From: an uncultured bacterium
GTDB taxonomy: Bacteria > Pseudomonadota > Gammaproteobacteria > Methylococcales > Methylomonadaceae
Direction of reading: 5' to 3'
Length of the DNA stretch: 64,000 bases
Assembly: GCA_965366065.1 (NCBI GenBank)
Contig: CBDUDV010000014.1
Coordinates: 141 to 64,140, forward strand
Positions 39,703 through 50,303 of the stretch are shown one piece after another; position 1 is the first letter of the stretch, and each line of letters opens with the position of its first letter. The notes under the pieces were generated by a model. The model was given only the letters and a program-made list of their open reading frames with translations. It did no database searches and was not told the DNA's origin. A program made the position numbers and the translations under genes.

Positions 39703-41388
39703 ATGCCTAAACAAATAATTTATGATGAAGAAGTACGTAATCGTTTTATGTGCGGTATTAATAAAGTCGCTAATGCGGTGAGTGTTACCTATGGCAGTGC
39801 AGGGCCTGCAGTGATGATTGAACATATTGCGTCTGGGTTGCCGCCTGTTTTTACACGCGATGGTGTGACGGTAGCAAAATCTATACAGTGCGAAGATCGT
39901 ACTGAAGATTTAGGCGCTAGAATGTTACGTGATGCAGCCAGTGCTGTTTCACGTAAGGTAGGCGATGGAACTACCTCAACGATAGTGCTTGCACAAGCAA
40001 TTAGTAAAGAATGCATGATACATGTAACGACAGGGTATCACCCTATTCAATTAAAGCGTGGAATGGATTTAGCGCTAGCCTTTGTTGAAGCTAAATTAAA
40101 AGAACAGGCGATTAGCGGAATTAATAGTGACTATATAGAAAGCATTTCAGCGATAGCGACTAAAAATGAGCCGGGCGTTGGAACTTTATTGGTTGAAGCT
40201 TTCGATAAGTTAGGCACGGAGAGCCCCTTAACATTTCAGCTGGGTAACAGTCGTGAAGATCAGTTGAGTATTGTTGACGGTCTTAGTTATGAGCAAGGGT
40301 ATTTATCCCCCTATTTTGTAACGGATTCAGATCGAGATGAAGCTATTTTAGAAAACCCTTATATATTGCTTTACGATAAAGAAATTAGTGATCTAATGGA
40401 CTTGGTTCCTATATTAGAAGAAGTCAGCGTAGAAAATCGTCCTCTATTGATTATTGCAGAAGACGTGGTTGATAAAGCGTTATCAGGCTTGTTACTGAAT
40501 CATGTAAAAGGGATATTTAAAGTAGCCGCCGTTAAGCCGCCAGGTTTTGGTGATAAATGTGAGAACCGTTTAAAGGATTTAGCGTTAATAACGGGTGGTG
40601 AAGCATTAGTTGGAGATTTCGCAACCAAGCTTGAACAGGTAACTTTAGACCAATTAGGCCAAGCGAAGCATGTCGTCATTACGGCTGAAAATATAACCAT
40701 TGTAGGGGGTTATGGTGATGCAACTGCGATTAAACAGTGTAGGCTACGATTAGAAGAAGAGGCTGATTTTATTCAGAATAAAAAACCGGGAGATGGATCG
40801 CCGACAGGGAATAAACATGATTTTGAAGAGCTAGAAGAGCGACTCGCTATTTTATCTGGAAAAACGGGTGTTTATGAAGTTGGAGGCATTAGCGATATAG
40901 AAATAAAAGAACGTATGGTGCGCATTGAAAATGCCTATATGTCGACTAAAGCAGCAATAGAAGAAGGTGTCTTACCGGGGGGAGGGGTAGGATTGTTTAA
41001 TATTATTCATCTCCTAGATGAATTGATAGCACCTAATATAGAGCAGCAGCAGGGTGTTGACATTGTTAAGCAGGCTTTGCAAAAGCCATTGCAGCGTTTA
41101 GTTAGTAATGTGGGTGTTAATAGCGAAGAAGTGATAGCGCGATTACGTAGTGAGAATAATCCTCGTTTTGCCTACAACACACAAGATAAGCAATATGGTG
41201 ATTTTTTAGAAATTGGTGTGATTGATGCGGTGAAGGTAATACGCCTTGCACTGCGTCATGCAGTTAGTGTGGTAGGAACATTGTTGACCACGGAAGTGGT
41301 CATCAAACATGTTCCTGATCATTCAATTATGGCAGGGTATTCACCCGAGTGGGCCGCGGCAACGCGTGAAGACCCGCGTGCGCCATAA
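39703..41388 (+). CDS. mmoG: GroEL-like sMMO chaperone MmoG
   Basis: Divergent chaperonin (TRDGVTVAK, GDGTTST, KPPGFGD), no GGM tail, ends WAAATREDPRAP. Confidence 0.93.
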   Translation: MPKQIIYDEEVRNRFMCGINKVANAVSVTYGSAGPAVMIEHIASGLPPVFTRDGVTVAKSIQCEDRTEDLGARMLRDAASAVSRKVGDGTTSTIVLAQAISKECMIHVTTGYHPIQLKRGMDLALAFVEAKLKEQAISGINSDYIESISAIATKNEPGVGTLLVEAFDKLGTESPLTFQLGNSREDQLSIVDGLSYEQGYLSPYFVTDSDRDEAILENPYILLYDKEISDLMDLVPILEEVSVENRPLLIIAEDVVDKALSGLLLNHVKGIFKVAAVKPPGFGDKCENRLKDLALITGGEALVGDFATKLEQVTLDQLGQAKHVVITAENITIVGGYGDATAIKQCRLRLEEEADFIQNKKPGDGSPTGNKHDFEELEERLAILSGKTGVYEVGGISDIEIKERMVRIENAYMSTKAAIEEGVLPGGGVGLFNIIHLLDELIAPNIEQQQGVDIVKQALQKPLQRLVSNVGVNSEEVIARLRSENNPRFAYNTQDKQYGDFLEIGVIDAVKVIRLALRHAVSVVGTLLTTEVVIKHVPDHSIMAGYSPEWAAATREDPRAP

Positions 41389-41454
41389 GTTTAAAGTTGT
41401 TCCTTGTAATACTACCTCAGCTCTTATGAGCTAATTTATTCTTTTTAGAATAAA

Positions 41455-41491
41455 GGCAGTGCGACACTATGTCGCATTGCCTCTTTTTTTT
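41455..41491 (+). terminator. Hairpin plus T-run after mmoG
   Basis: GGCAGTGCGACA-CTA-TGTCGCATTGCC followed by tctttttttt. Confidence 0.75.
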
Positions 41492-41600
41492 ATTCTGGTA
41501 TCTTAATAAATCACCCTAAGTTTTTGTTTTTAATCTAAAAAATAAGGATTATGGTTTTCTGTCGACACTATATCGGTCAGGATAAATAAATAAGATAAAT

Positions 41601-43367
41601 ATGGATATTGAATTTAAAATTCCCAATAAAATAAATATTGTTCAAGAGACGTTTTTAGTACGCCAATCTTTTGAATTTGAAATGTTTCGTCCCATTCAGG
41701 CGTGGCAATGGATGGTTCAGGCGCGCTCTGTTCCTGAGCAAAAGGACTGGGTTCGTTCGGATGTCGCTGAAGCTTGGCATCGATGCTTAGAAGACTATCA
41801 GTTGCCGTTAGGAAATTATGCAAATTGGGATAAGCATTTATTTACACAGATAGCCAATGACGAGAATGATAAGTCTGAAAAGGTTGCTCAACAAATAAAG
41901 CATTTAAGCCATCATTTTCAAGTTTTTTTAAAAGAAGCGGGCGTGATGATGGTCGTTGTAGCGCCTAATAGTAGCCTACTATACGTTGCTGGCGAAAAAC
42001 ACTTTCCACATGCCTTTCAATTACCGACTCAAATAAAAGATACGAATTGGAGTGAGTCTGTACTCGGTAATAATGGAATAGGCACGGCACTTAAATTAAA
42101 AAAACCGGTTGCCTTTCAAGGAATGGAGCATTATTTAAGTATTTTGCACCCCTACACAACAGTCGGATATCCACTCTTAGACGAATCAGGCGAGCTGCTT
42201 GCCGTTATTGGTTTAGTGAGTGATCACCAAGAGCAAATGAGTTCTCTATTTGCTTTTCTGCACCTTATTTGTGTTTTAGTGAATACACACCTTCCTATTG
42301 CTCAGGATGCTGAAGCTCAAGTCAGGGTGTTAGAGAAAATATCCTTTCAACCCGCTAAAAAAATAGCTGAGACTGAATTTTCATCTTCTGTCACCGAAGA
42401 CTTAGAGCGTTATGTGCATAAAGCGGTAAAGTTACAAAAACATAAAATTCCTATTTTGATTACGGGGGAGTCGGGTGCTGGTAAGGATCATTTTGTTAAT
42501 TTAATTAAAAAAGCAGGCCCTAGAAAGGACGCGCCTTTAATTGCCATTAACTGCTCATCTATCCCGCGTGATTTAATTGAAAGTGAATTATTTGGGTATG
42601 AAGCAGGTAGTTTTACGGGTGCTAGAAGTGGCGGTAAGCCAGGTAAATTTAGTCTGGCAGATGGCGGGACTCTATTTTTAGATGAAATTGGCGATATGAG
42701 TATTGATTTACAATCTACTCTACTGCGAGTATTGGAGAATTCTGAGTTTACACCCGTTGGAGGAACGCACCCTATTCGCGTCAATGTGCAAATTGTTGCA
42801 GCAACGAATGTAAAACTATCTGAAGCGGTTAAAGCGGGGAATTTTCGACAAGACCTGTATTATCGATTAAATGGTGCTCAAATTCATTTGCCGCCATTAC
42901 GCGATCGTGAGGATAAAGAACAAATTATTGAACATTTATTACAGCGTGAAATTAATAATATTGTGGGTGAAGAAGATATTTCAATTTCACCTGATGTGAT
43001 TAATTTATTTAATCAGCACCCTTGGCCAGGAAATATAAGACAGTTTATTAATGTTATTCGAGCCACCTTATATACCGCAGGAGGGGTTCACATTACTGAA
43101 GATGATCTTCCCATGGATTTTATGCAAGAATGGCATGAGAGAGACGATGCAGTAGACAAAGAAAATAGCGATATAGTCAGTCTTCTTACCAAGAATAGCC
43201 CGAGTTTGGCTGACTGGGAAAAGCATGGTATTCAAACCGCTTTAAGCGATTGTGAAGGCAATATTTCATTAACAGCTAAAAAACTAGGCATTACCAGGGC
43301 CACTTTATATAAGAAAATTGAGCGCTTAGGTTTAGCTCGATCAGGACATGAGGCTGTGACGAGTTGA
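41601..43367 (+). CDS. mmoR: Sigma-54 activator MmoR
   Basis: GAF-like N-domain, GESGAGKD, GSFTGA, LFLDEIGDM, Fis HTH; next to mmoG. Confidence 0.9.
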   Translation: MDIEFKIPNKINIVQETFLVRQSFEFEMFRPIQAWQWMVQARSVPEQKDWVRSDVAEAWHRCLEDYQLPLGNYANWDKHLFTQIANDENDKSEKVAQQIKHLSHHFQVFLKEAGVMMVVVAPNSSLLYVAGEKHFPHAFQLPTQIKDTNWSESVLGNNGIGTALKLKKPVAFQGMEHYLSILHPYTTVGYPLLDESGELLAVIGLVSDHQEQMSSLFAFLHLICVLVNTHLPIAQDAEAQVRVLEKISFQPAKKIAETEFSSSVTEDLERYVHKAVKLQKHKIPILITGESGAGKDHFVNLIKKAGPRKDAPLIAINCSSIPRDLIESELFGYEAGSFTGARSGGKPGKFSLADGGTLFLDEIGDMSIDLQSTLLRVLENSEFTPVGGTHPIRVNVQIVAATNVKLSEAVKAGNFRQDLYYRLNGAQIHLPPLRDREDKEQIIEHLLQREINNIVGEEDISISPDVINLFNQHPWPGNIRQFINVIRATLYTAGGVHITEDDLPMDFMQEWHERDDAVDKENSDIVSLLTKNSPSLADWEKHGIQTALSDCEGNISLTAKKLGITRATLYKKIERLGLARSGHEAVTS

Positions 43368-43403
43368 TTAAGTTTTGAAGGTGAAAATAGGTTAAATAGT
43401 TAT

Positions 43404-43447
43404 AAAAAAAGCCCCCTCCCTGATTAGCTCAAGGAGGGGGCTTTTTT
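43404..43447 (-). terminator. Bidirectional terminator between mmoR and groEL copy B
   Basis: aaaaaaagccccctcc...ggagggggctttttt. Confidence 0.85.
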
Positions 43448-43472
43448 GTGTAACGAGTTTAAGCGGGGGAGC

Positions 43473-45457
<1,985 letters not shown>

Positions 45458-45593
45458 TTATATCTCCTAACAATATTAAAAATAAAAAAGTTTAAAAAAT
45501 TATTAAGCTCTACCTATTATAGAATAGGCAAATCTTATTGCTGTTTGCGCTGTATGGCGTTATTTACATCACCCATAACTAATATATTACTTT

Positions 45594-46340
45594 ATGAATG
45601 ACGATCAACTGCTTCGCTATAGCCGTCAAATTATGCTGCCTCAAGTGGATATTGAAGGGCAAGAACGTTTACTTGCGGCTAAAATACTTATTATTGGCGC
45701 CGGTGGGCTTGGCTCACCGGCAGCATTATATCTTGCTGCTGCGGGCGTAGGCTCACTGGTAATCTATGACGATGATGAAGTTGATCTCTCTAACTTACAA
45801 CGGCAAATTACGCATTACACAGACGATATTGGGACGGATAAAGTCATTTCAACCCAAGAAACATTAAATAAAATTAATCCTGAAGTAAAGGTGAGAGCTG
45901 TGAAGCAACGCCTCGAAGGAAGTAAACTGGAGCAAGAAGTTGATGCGGCTGATGTGGTGTTGGATTGTAGCGATAACTTTACAACTCGCTTCGCTATTAA
46001 TGCCGCTTGCGTGCAATATAAGACGGCATTAGTATCGGGGGCAGCAATTCGTTTTGATGGTCAAGTGAGTGTGTTTAATGCGGCAGAAAATGCACCTTGT
46101 TATAACTGTTTGTATGCTGAAACGGGTGAAGAACTACAAAATTGCGCACTGAATGGGGTAATATCACCGCTGACGGGCATTATTGGCAGTATTCAGGCCT
46201 TAGAGGCAATGAAGCTAGTGATGGGGATAGGTGAGGCTTTAACTGGGCGACTTTTGCTATTGGATGGCTTAAGCATGCAATGGAATGAGATGAAGTTACG
46301 TAAAAATTCAGCCTGTCCTACCTGCGCAGTAAAAAATTAA
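45594..46340 (+). CDS. moeB: Molybdopterin-synthase adenylyltransferase, MoeB/ThiF family
   Basis: RYSRQI, GAGGLGSP, SNLQRQ, CYNC and CPTC zinc motifs. Confidence 0.85.
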   Translation: MNDDQLLRYSRQIMLPQVDIEGQERLLAAKILIIGAGGLGSPAALYLAAAGVGSLVIYDDDEVDLSNLQRQITHYTDDIGTDKVISTQETLNKINPEVKVRAVKQRLEGSKLEQEVDAADVVLDCSDNFTTRFAINAACVQYKTALVSGAAIRFDGQVSVFNAAENAPCYNCLYAETGEELQNCALNGVISPLTGIIGSIQALEAMKLVMGIGEALTGRLLLLDGLSMQWNEMKLRKNSACPTCAVKN

Positions 46341-46406
46341 AACCCTAGTCTAGTATTGATAGTCTAGAAATAGACTAAGGTTTTAGTTATTACGCTGTCT
46401 GATTTC

Positions 46407-46547
46407 TTAATGAGAATTTTTATGCTCTTTTTCTTCAAAAGGGCCTTCTGTAGAATTTTTAGTGTATTTGTAAATAAAATATCCCAGTGGTGCAAAAGCA
46501 GCAGTGGCAGCAATTAGCATTAAGATAAAGACCCAAGTAACACTCAT
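46407..46547 (-). CDS. Small single-TM protein, 46 aa (not in ORF track): MSVTWVFILMLIAATAAFAPLGYFIYKYTKNSTEGPFEEKEHKNSH
   Basis: Manual translation; AGGGG RBS. Confidence 0.6.
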   Translation of the reverse strand: MSVTWVFILMLIAATAAFAPLGYFIYKYTKNSTEGPFEEKEHKNSH

Positions 46548-46751
46548 GATTAATCCCCTGATTGTAATTATTATTTAAAGAGTAATGTTGAAATATACCC
46601 TTACTTCATTAATATGACAAGGGTATTATGCAGCAGTTCTTTGTTTTAAGGCATGTGGATGTTGCCAAAATAAAAACTTCATCGTATACTGCAAAGTAGC
46701 TTACTTGATCAAGCTAGCTATAAAAATTAAAAAATAACTCCGGAGAATATT

Positions 46752-46826
46752 ATGAAATGGGAAACACCAGCATACACAGACCTACGTTTTGGCTTTGAAG
46801 TCACTATGTATATCTACAACCGTTAA
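46752..46826 (+). CDS. pqqA: PQQ precursor peptide (not in ORF track): [24 protein letters not shown]
   Basis: EVTMY motif; GGAGA RBS; upstream of pqqB. Confidence 0.97.
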   Translation: MKWETPAYTDLRFGFEVTMYIYNR

Positions 46827-46839
46827 TTTTCGGTTTAGA

Positions 46840-46870
46840 TAAAAAGAGGCTCTTAATGAGCCTTTTTTTT
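46840..46870 (+). terminator. Terminator/attenuator after pqqA
   Basis: aaaaagaggctc-ttaat-gagcctttttttt. Confidence 0.8.
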
Positions 46871-46908
46871 TGCCTATTTTTCTCCACACTATAATAAACT
46901 AGTCATAT

Positions 46909-47817
46909 ATGAAAATCAGAGTTCTTGGATCAGGTGCAGGCGGCGGATTTCCTCAGTGGAACTGCAGTTGCCCCAATTGTAAAGCGGTTCGTGCAGGTAC
47001 CATAAAAGCGACGACACGTAATCAATCGTCGATTGCGGTTTCTTCCGATGGTGAGCATTGGGTTTTATTCAATGCGTCTCCTGACGTGCGTGCGCAATTA
47101 GAAAATTTTCCTGAAATTCACCCAAAAAATAAAGTACGTGGTACGGGCATAGAAGCGATTGTAATAATTGACTCGCAAATTGACCATGCCACTGGATTAC
47201 TTATCTTACGTGAAGGTGATCCACTGAATGTTTACTGTACGGAAATGGTAAAACAAGATCTGAGTACAGGGTTTCCTATCTTCAATATTTTAGAGCACTT
47301 TTGTGGTGTTAATGACCATACAATTCCGTTAGATGGTAAATCGTTTACTATTCCTAATATTGATGACTTAGAATTTACTGCTTTAGCACTAAAAAGCAAA
47401 GCACCACCGTATTCACCGCATAGAAATGACCCGCATGAAGGGGATAATATCGGTATGATTATTCGTCAGATTTCAACAGGAAAAACCACGTTTTATGCGC
47501 CCGGTTTAGGACTAATCGAACCGCATGTTGAACAAGCAATGACTGCCGCTGACTGCGTGATGGTGGATGGCACTTTTTGGACTGATGATGAGTTAGCCTC
47601 TGTTGGGCGTCCATTATTAGCAAGAAAAATTGGCCATTTACCGCAATCGGGTGAAGGCGGTATGATTGAATTTTTAGATACGCTAGAAAAACCACGTAAA
47701 ATTTTAATCCATATTAATAATACCAATCCTATTCTCAATGATGAATCGGAAGAGCGCGCTATACTTGATCAACACGGTATAGAAGTATCCTTTGATAATA
47801 TGAATATAGAGTTATAA
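46909..47817 (+). CDS. pqqB: PQQ biosynthesis protein B
   Basis: [33 protein letters not shown]. Confidence 0.97.
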   Translation: MKIRVLGSGAGGGFPQWNCSCPNCKAVRAGTIKATTRNQSSIAVSSDGEHWVLFNASPDVRAQLENFPEIHPKNKVRGTGIEAIVIIDSQIDHATGLLILREGDPLNVYCTEMVKQDLSTGFPIFNILEHFCGVNDHTIPLDGKSFTIPNIDDLEFTALALKSKAPPYSPHRNDPHEGDNIGMIIRQISTGKTTFYAPGLGLIEPHVEQAMTAADCVMVDGTFWTDDELASVGRPLLARKIGHLPQSGEGGMIEFLDTLEKPRKILIHINNTNPILNDESEERAILDQHGIEVSFDNMNIEL

Positions 47818-47819
47818 GT

Positions 47820-48551
47820 ATGACAGAGCAAGCACCTTGGACACGGGCAGAGTTTGAAGCCAAATTACGTGGCATGGAGAATAAATATCATATTCACCAT
47901 CCTATGCATACCTTGATGAATGAAGGGAAACTTACTAAAAAGCAACTACAAGGCTGGGTTGCTAATCGGTTTTATTATCAGATTATGATACCGATTAAAG
48001 ATGCTAATATTTTAGCTAATTGCCCTGATAGAGAAACACGTGCGATTTGGACACAAAGAATTTTGGATCATGATGGCCACCCTGGAGATGAGGGAGGTAT
48101 TGAAGCATGGGTACAATTAGGTATTGCGGTGGGTATGACACGTGAAGATATTACCTCGTTAAAATTTGTACTGCCAGCAGTTAGGTTTGCAGTGGATGCG
48201 TATGTTAATTTTGCACGCCGCTCTGAGTGGCATGAGGCCGCAAGTTCATCATTAACCGAAATGTTCGCGCCTAAAATACATCAGCAACGCTTAAGTAATT
48301 GGCCAGAGCTTTACCCTTGGGTAGACGATGAGGGTTATATTTACTTTCGTAAACGGCTCACTGAAGCAAGACGTGATGTTGAACATGGTCTAGAAATTAC
48401 CTTAGATTGGTATCAAACCCGTGCGCAGCAAGAGCGCATGGTAGAGATATTACAATTTAAACTCGATGTTTTATGGTCGATGGCAGATGCGATGTATATG
48501 GCCTATGTTAATGATATGCCTCCCTACTTTAATGTAGAAGACACGATTTAA
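47820..48551 (+). CDS. pqqC: Pyrroloquinoline-quinone synthase
   Basis: [25 protein letters not shown]. Confidence 0.97.
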   Translation: MTEQAPWTRAEFEAKLRGMENKYHIHHPMHTLMNEGKLTKKQLQGWVANRFYYQIMIPIKDANILANCPDRETRAIWTQRILDHDGHPGDEGGIEAWVQLGIAVGMTREDITSLKFVLPAVRFAVDAYVNFARRSEWHEAASSSLTEMFAPKIHQQRLSNWPELYPWVDDEGYIYFRKRLTEARRDVEHGLEITLDWYQTRAQQERMVEILQFKLDVLWSMADAMYMAYVNDMPPYFNVEDTI

Positions 48552-48611
48552 CGGCACTTGAAAAGGGCGACTTTTAAAGTCGTCCTTTAAATTTAATTAA
48601 AGATAATTATC

Positions 48612-48884
48612 ATGAGTATTAACCCTGAAAAAATTATTCAGTTCTCCCCTTTACATCGACTTCAATGGGAAGAAGCACAGCAAAAAGATGTGATTCTTTA
48701 CCCTGAAGGAATGGTTGAGCTGAACCAAAGTTCTGCTGAAATTTTAAAGCTTTGTGATGGTTCTCGTGCCTTAAATGGTATTGTGAGCGATTTAGAAGAG
48801 AAATTTAGCACAACAGGCTTAAAAAACGACATTATTGCTTTCTTAGAAGTGGCATTACAAAATGGCTGGATCAAACAAGATTAA
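48612..48884 (+). CDS. pqqD: PQQ peptide chaperone
   Basis: LYPEGMVELN; EILKLCDG. Confidence 0.95.
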   Translation: MSINPEKIIQFSPLHRLQWEEAQQKDVILYPEGMVELNQSSAEILKLCDGSRALNGIVSDLEEKFSTTGLKNDIIAFLEVALQNGWIKQD

Positions 48885-49986
48885 AATTACCCCACCGCGC
48901 TGGTTATTAGCTGAGCTGACATATAAGTGCCCATTACAGTGTCCTTATTGTTCTAATCCACTCGATTATAGTAAGCACAATAATGAAATTAGCACGGAAG
49001 ACTGGAAACGGGTTTTATCCGAAGCGCGGAAAATGGGTGCAGTGCAACTAGGGTTTTCTGGTGGTGAACCTTTAACGCGTACTGACTTAGCTGAATTAGT
49101 TAAACATGCGCGTGAATTAGGTTATTACAGTAACTTGATTACATCGGGTTATGGTTTAACTGAAGAAAAAATTCTGCAACTTAAAGAAGCGGGTTTAGAT
49201 CATATCCAAGTGAGTATTCAAGCCAGTACACAAGACTTGAATGATCATATTGCGGGGACTGAATCCTTTCATAGCAAAAAAGAAGTCGCTCGCTTAGTTA
49301 AAAAACACGGTTATCCTATGGTGCTGTGTGTGGTTATTCACCGTGAAAATATTCATCAAATGCCCGAAATATTAGCGATGGCTGAAGAGCTAGGTGCTGA
49401 CTATGTGGAGCTTGCAAATACACAATATTATGGTTGGGCACATGCTAATCGTGATTTGTTGATGCCGACTAAAGAGCAATATGAAGCCGCAGAAAAAATA
49501 GCACAAGATTTTAAAGAAAAAGTCGCGGGTAAGATGAAAATCTATTATGTGATTCCTGATTTTCATGAATCACGCCCGAAAGCCTGTATGAATGGTTGGG
49601 GCACGACTTTTTTAACGATTGCACCTGATGGATTGGCGTTGCCGTGTCATTCTGCGCGTGAACTACCTGGATTAGATTGCCCTAATGTGAATGATTCCAG
49701 TATTTCTGAAATTTGGAATGAGTCTAAAGCCTTTAATTTTTTCCGTGGTACGGAATGGATGAAAGAGCCTTGCGGTAGTTGTGATGAAAAAGATAAAGAT
49801 TTTGGTGGTTGCCGCTGCCAAGCTTATTTATTAACGGGGGATATGTACAGTACTGACCCTGTTTGTCATAAATCACCAGATAATCACGTAATTCAAGAGG
49901 CGATCGCTTCAGCCCGCGAGAGTGCTTTATCGGGAGACGAAAAACCTTTGATTTTTAGAAATTCTAAAAATTCAAAAAACTATTAA
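48862..49986 (+). CDS. pqqE: Radical SAM PqqA peptide cyclase
   Basis: WLLAELTYKCPLQCPYCSNP; SPASM cysteines. Confidence 0.97.
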   Translation: MAGSNKIKITPPRWLLAELTYKCPLQCPYCSNPLDYSKHNNEISTEDWKRVLSEARKMGAVQLGFSGGEPLTRTDLAELVKHARELGYYSNLITSGYGLTEEKILQLKEAGLDHIQVSIQASTQDLNDHIAGTESFHSKKEVARLVKKHGYPMVLCVVIHRENIHQMPEILAMAEELGADYVELANTQYYGWAHANRDLLMPTKEQYEAAEKIAQDFKEKVAGKMKIYYVIPDFHESRPKACMNGWGTTFLTIAPDGLALPCHSARELPGLDCPNVNDSSISEIWNESKAFNFFRGTEWMKEPCGSCDEKDKDFGGCRCQAYLLTGDMYSTDPVCHKSPDNHVIQEAIASARESALSGDEKPLIFRNSKNSKNY

Positions 49987-50054
49987 TAACGGGTGTTAGG
50001 TAGGTTTACTGAAAATTCATTAAGTTAAGTCTACCGAGTGGGGCGCAGACTTTA

Positions 50055-50173
50055 GAGGCTGTGAAAGTATTCCGAAATCAGGTTAAAAAACCTACTTCGG
50101 CAACGAACAATCAATAAGTTATAGCATATTTTTTGCTGTTTTTAGTTGTTTTATTGAATACTTTCACCGCCTC
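50055..50173. mobile_element. 119-bp MITE with 18-bp TIRs and a TTTA target duplication
   Basis: GAGGCTGTGAAAGTATTC / GAATACTTTCACCGCCTC (1 mismatch); TTTA at 50051-50054 and 50174-50177; internal IHF consensus 50109-50121. Confidence 0.8.
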
Positions 50174-50190
50174 TTTAGTCTGCTTTACAT

Positions 50191-50212
50191 GAAGGCTAAA
50201 GCCTTCGCCCCA
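50191..50212 (-). repeat. REP unit; partner of the MITE-interrupted REP at 50039-50183
   Basis: TGGGGCGAAGGCTTTAGCCTTC vs reconstructed TGGGGCGCAGACTTTAGTCTGC; all four differences are compensatory. Confidence 0.75.
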
Positions 50213-50303
50213 AATATTGGGATGCGAATCTTAGCCTGCCTTATTCAACAATAAGCTAAAGCTCTGCGTAACTCAGTTATTAATAACCGTGAATATTAAA
50301 GGC

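Larger units (their letters stand above)
49989..50277. mobile_element. Third, degenerate member of the ACTGATGTT-ended family, carrying REPs
   Basis: Left ACGGGTGTTAGGTAGG, right CTGCGTAAC-TCAGT; both flanked by tattaata. Confidence 0.45.

Noticed and set aside
45458-45593. CIRCE or sigma-32 promoter upstream of groES-B
   Set aside because: No TTAGCACTC-N9-GAGTGCTAA; only a weak -10-like match and no -35.
48558-48592. Hairpin AAAGGGCGACTTT-TA-AAGTCGTCCTTT between pqqC and pqqD
   Set aside because: An ordinary intergenic stem-loop or solitary REP-like unit; nothing further supportable.
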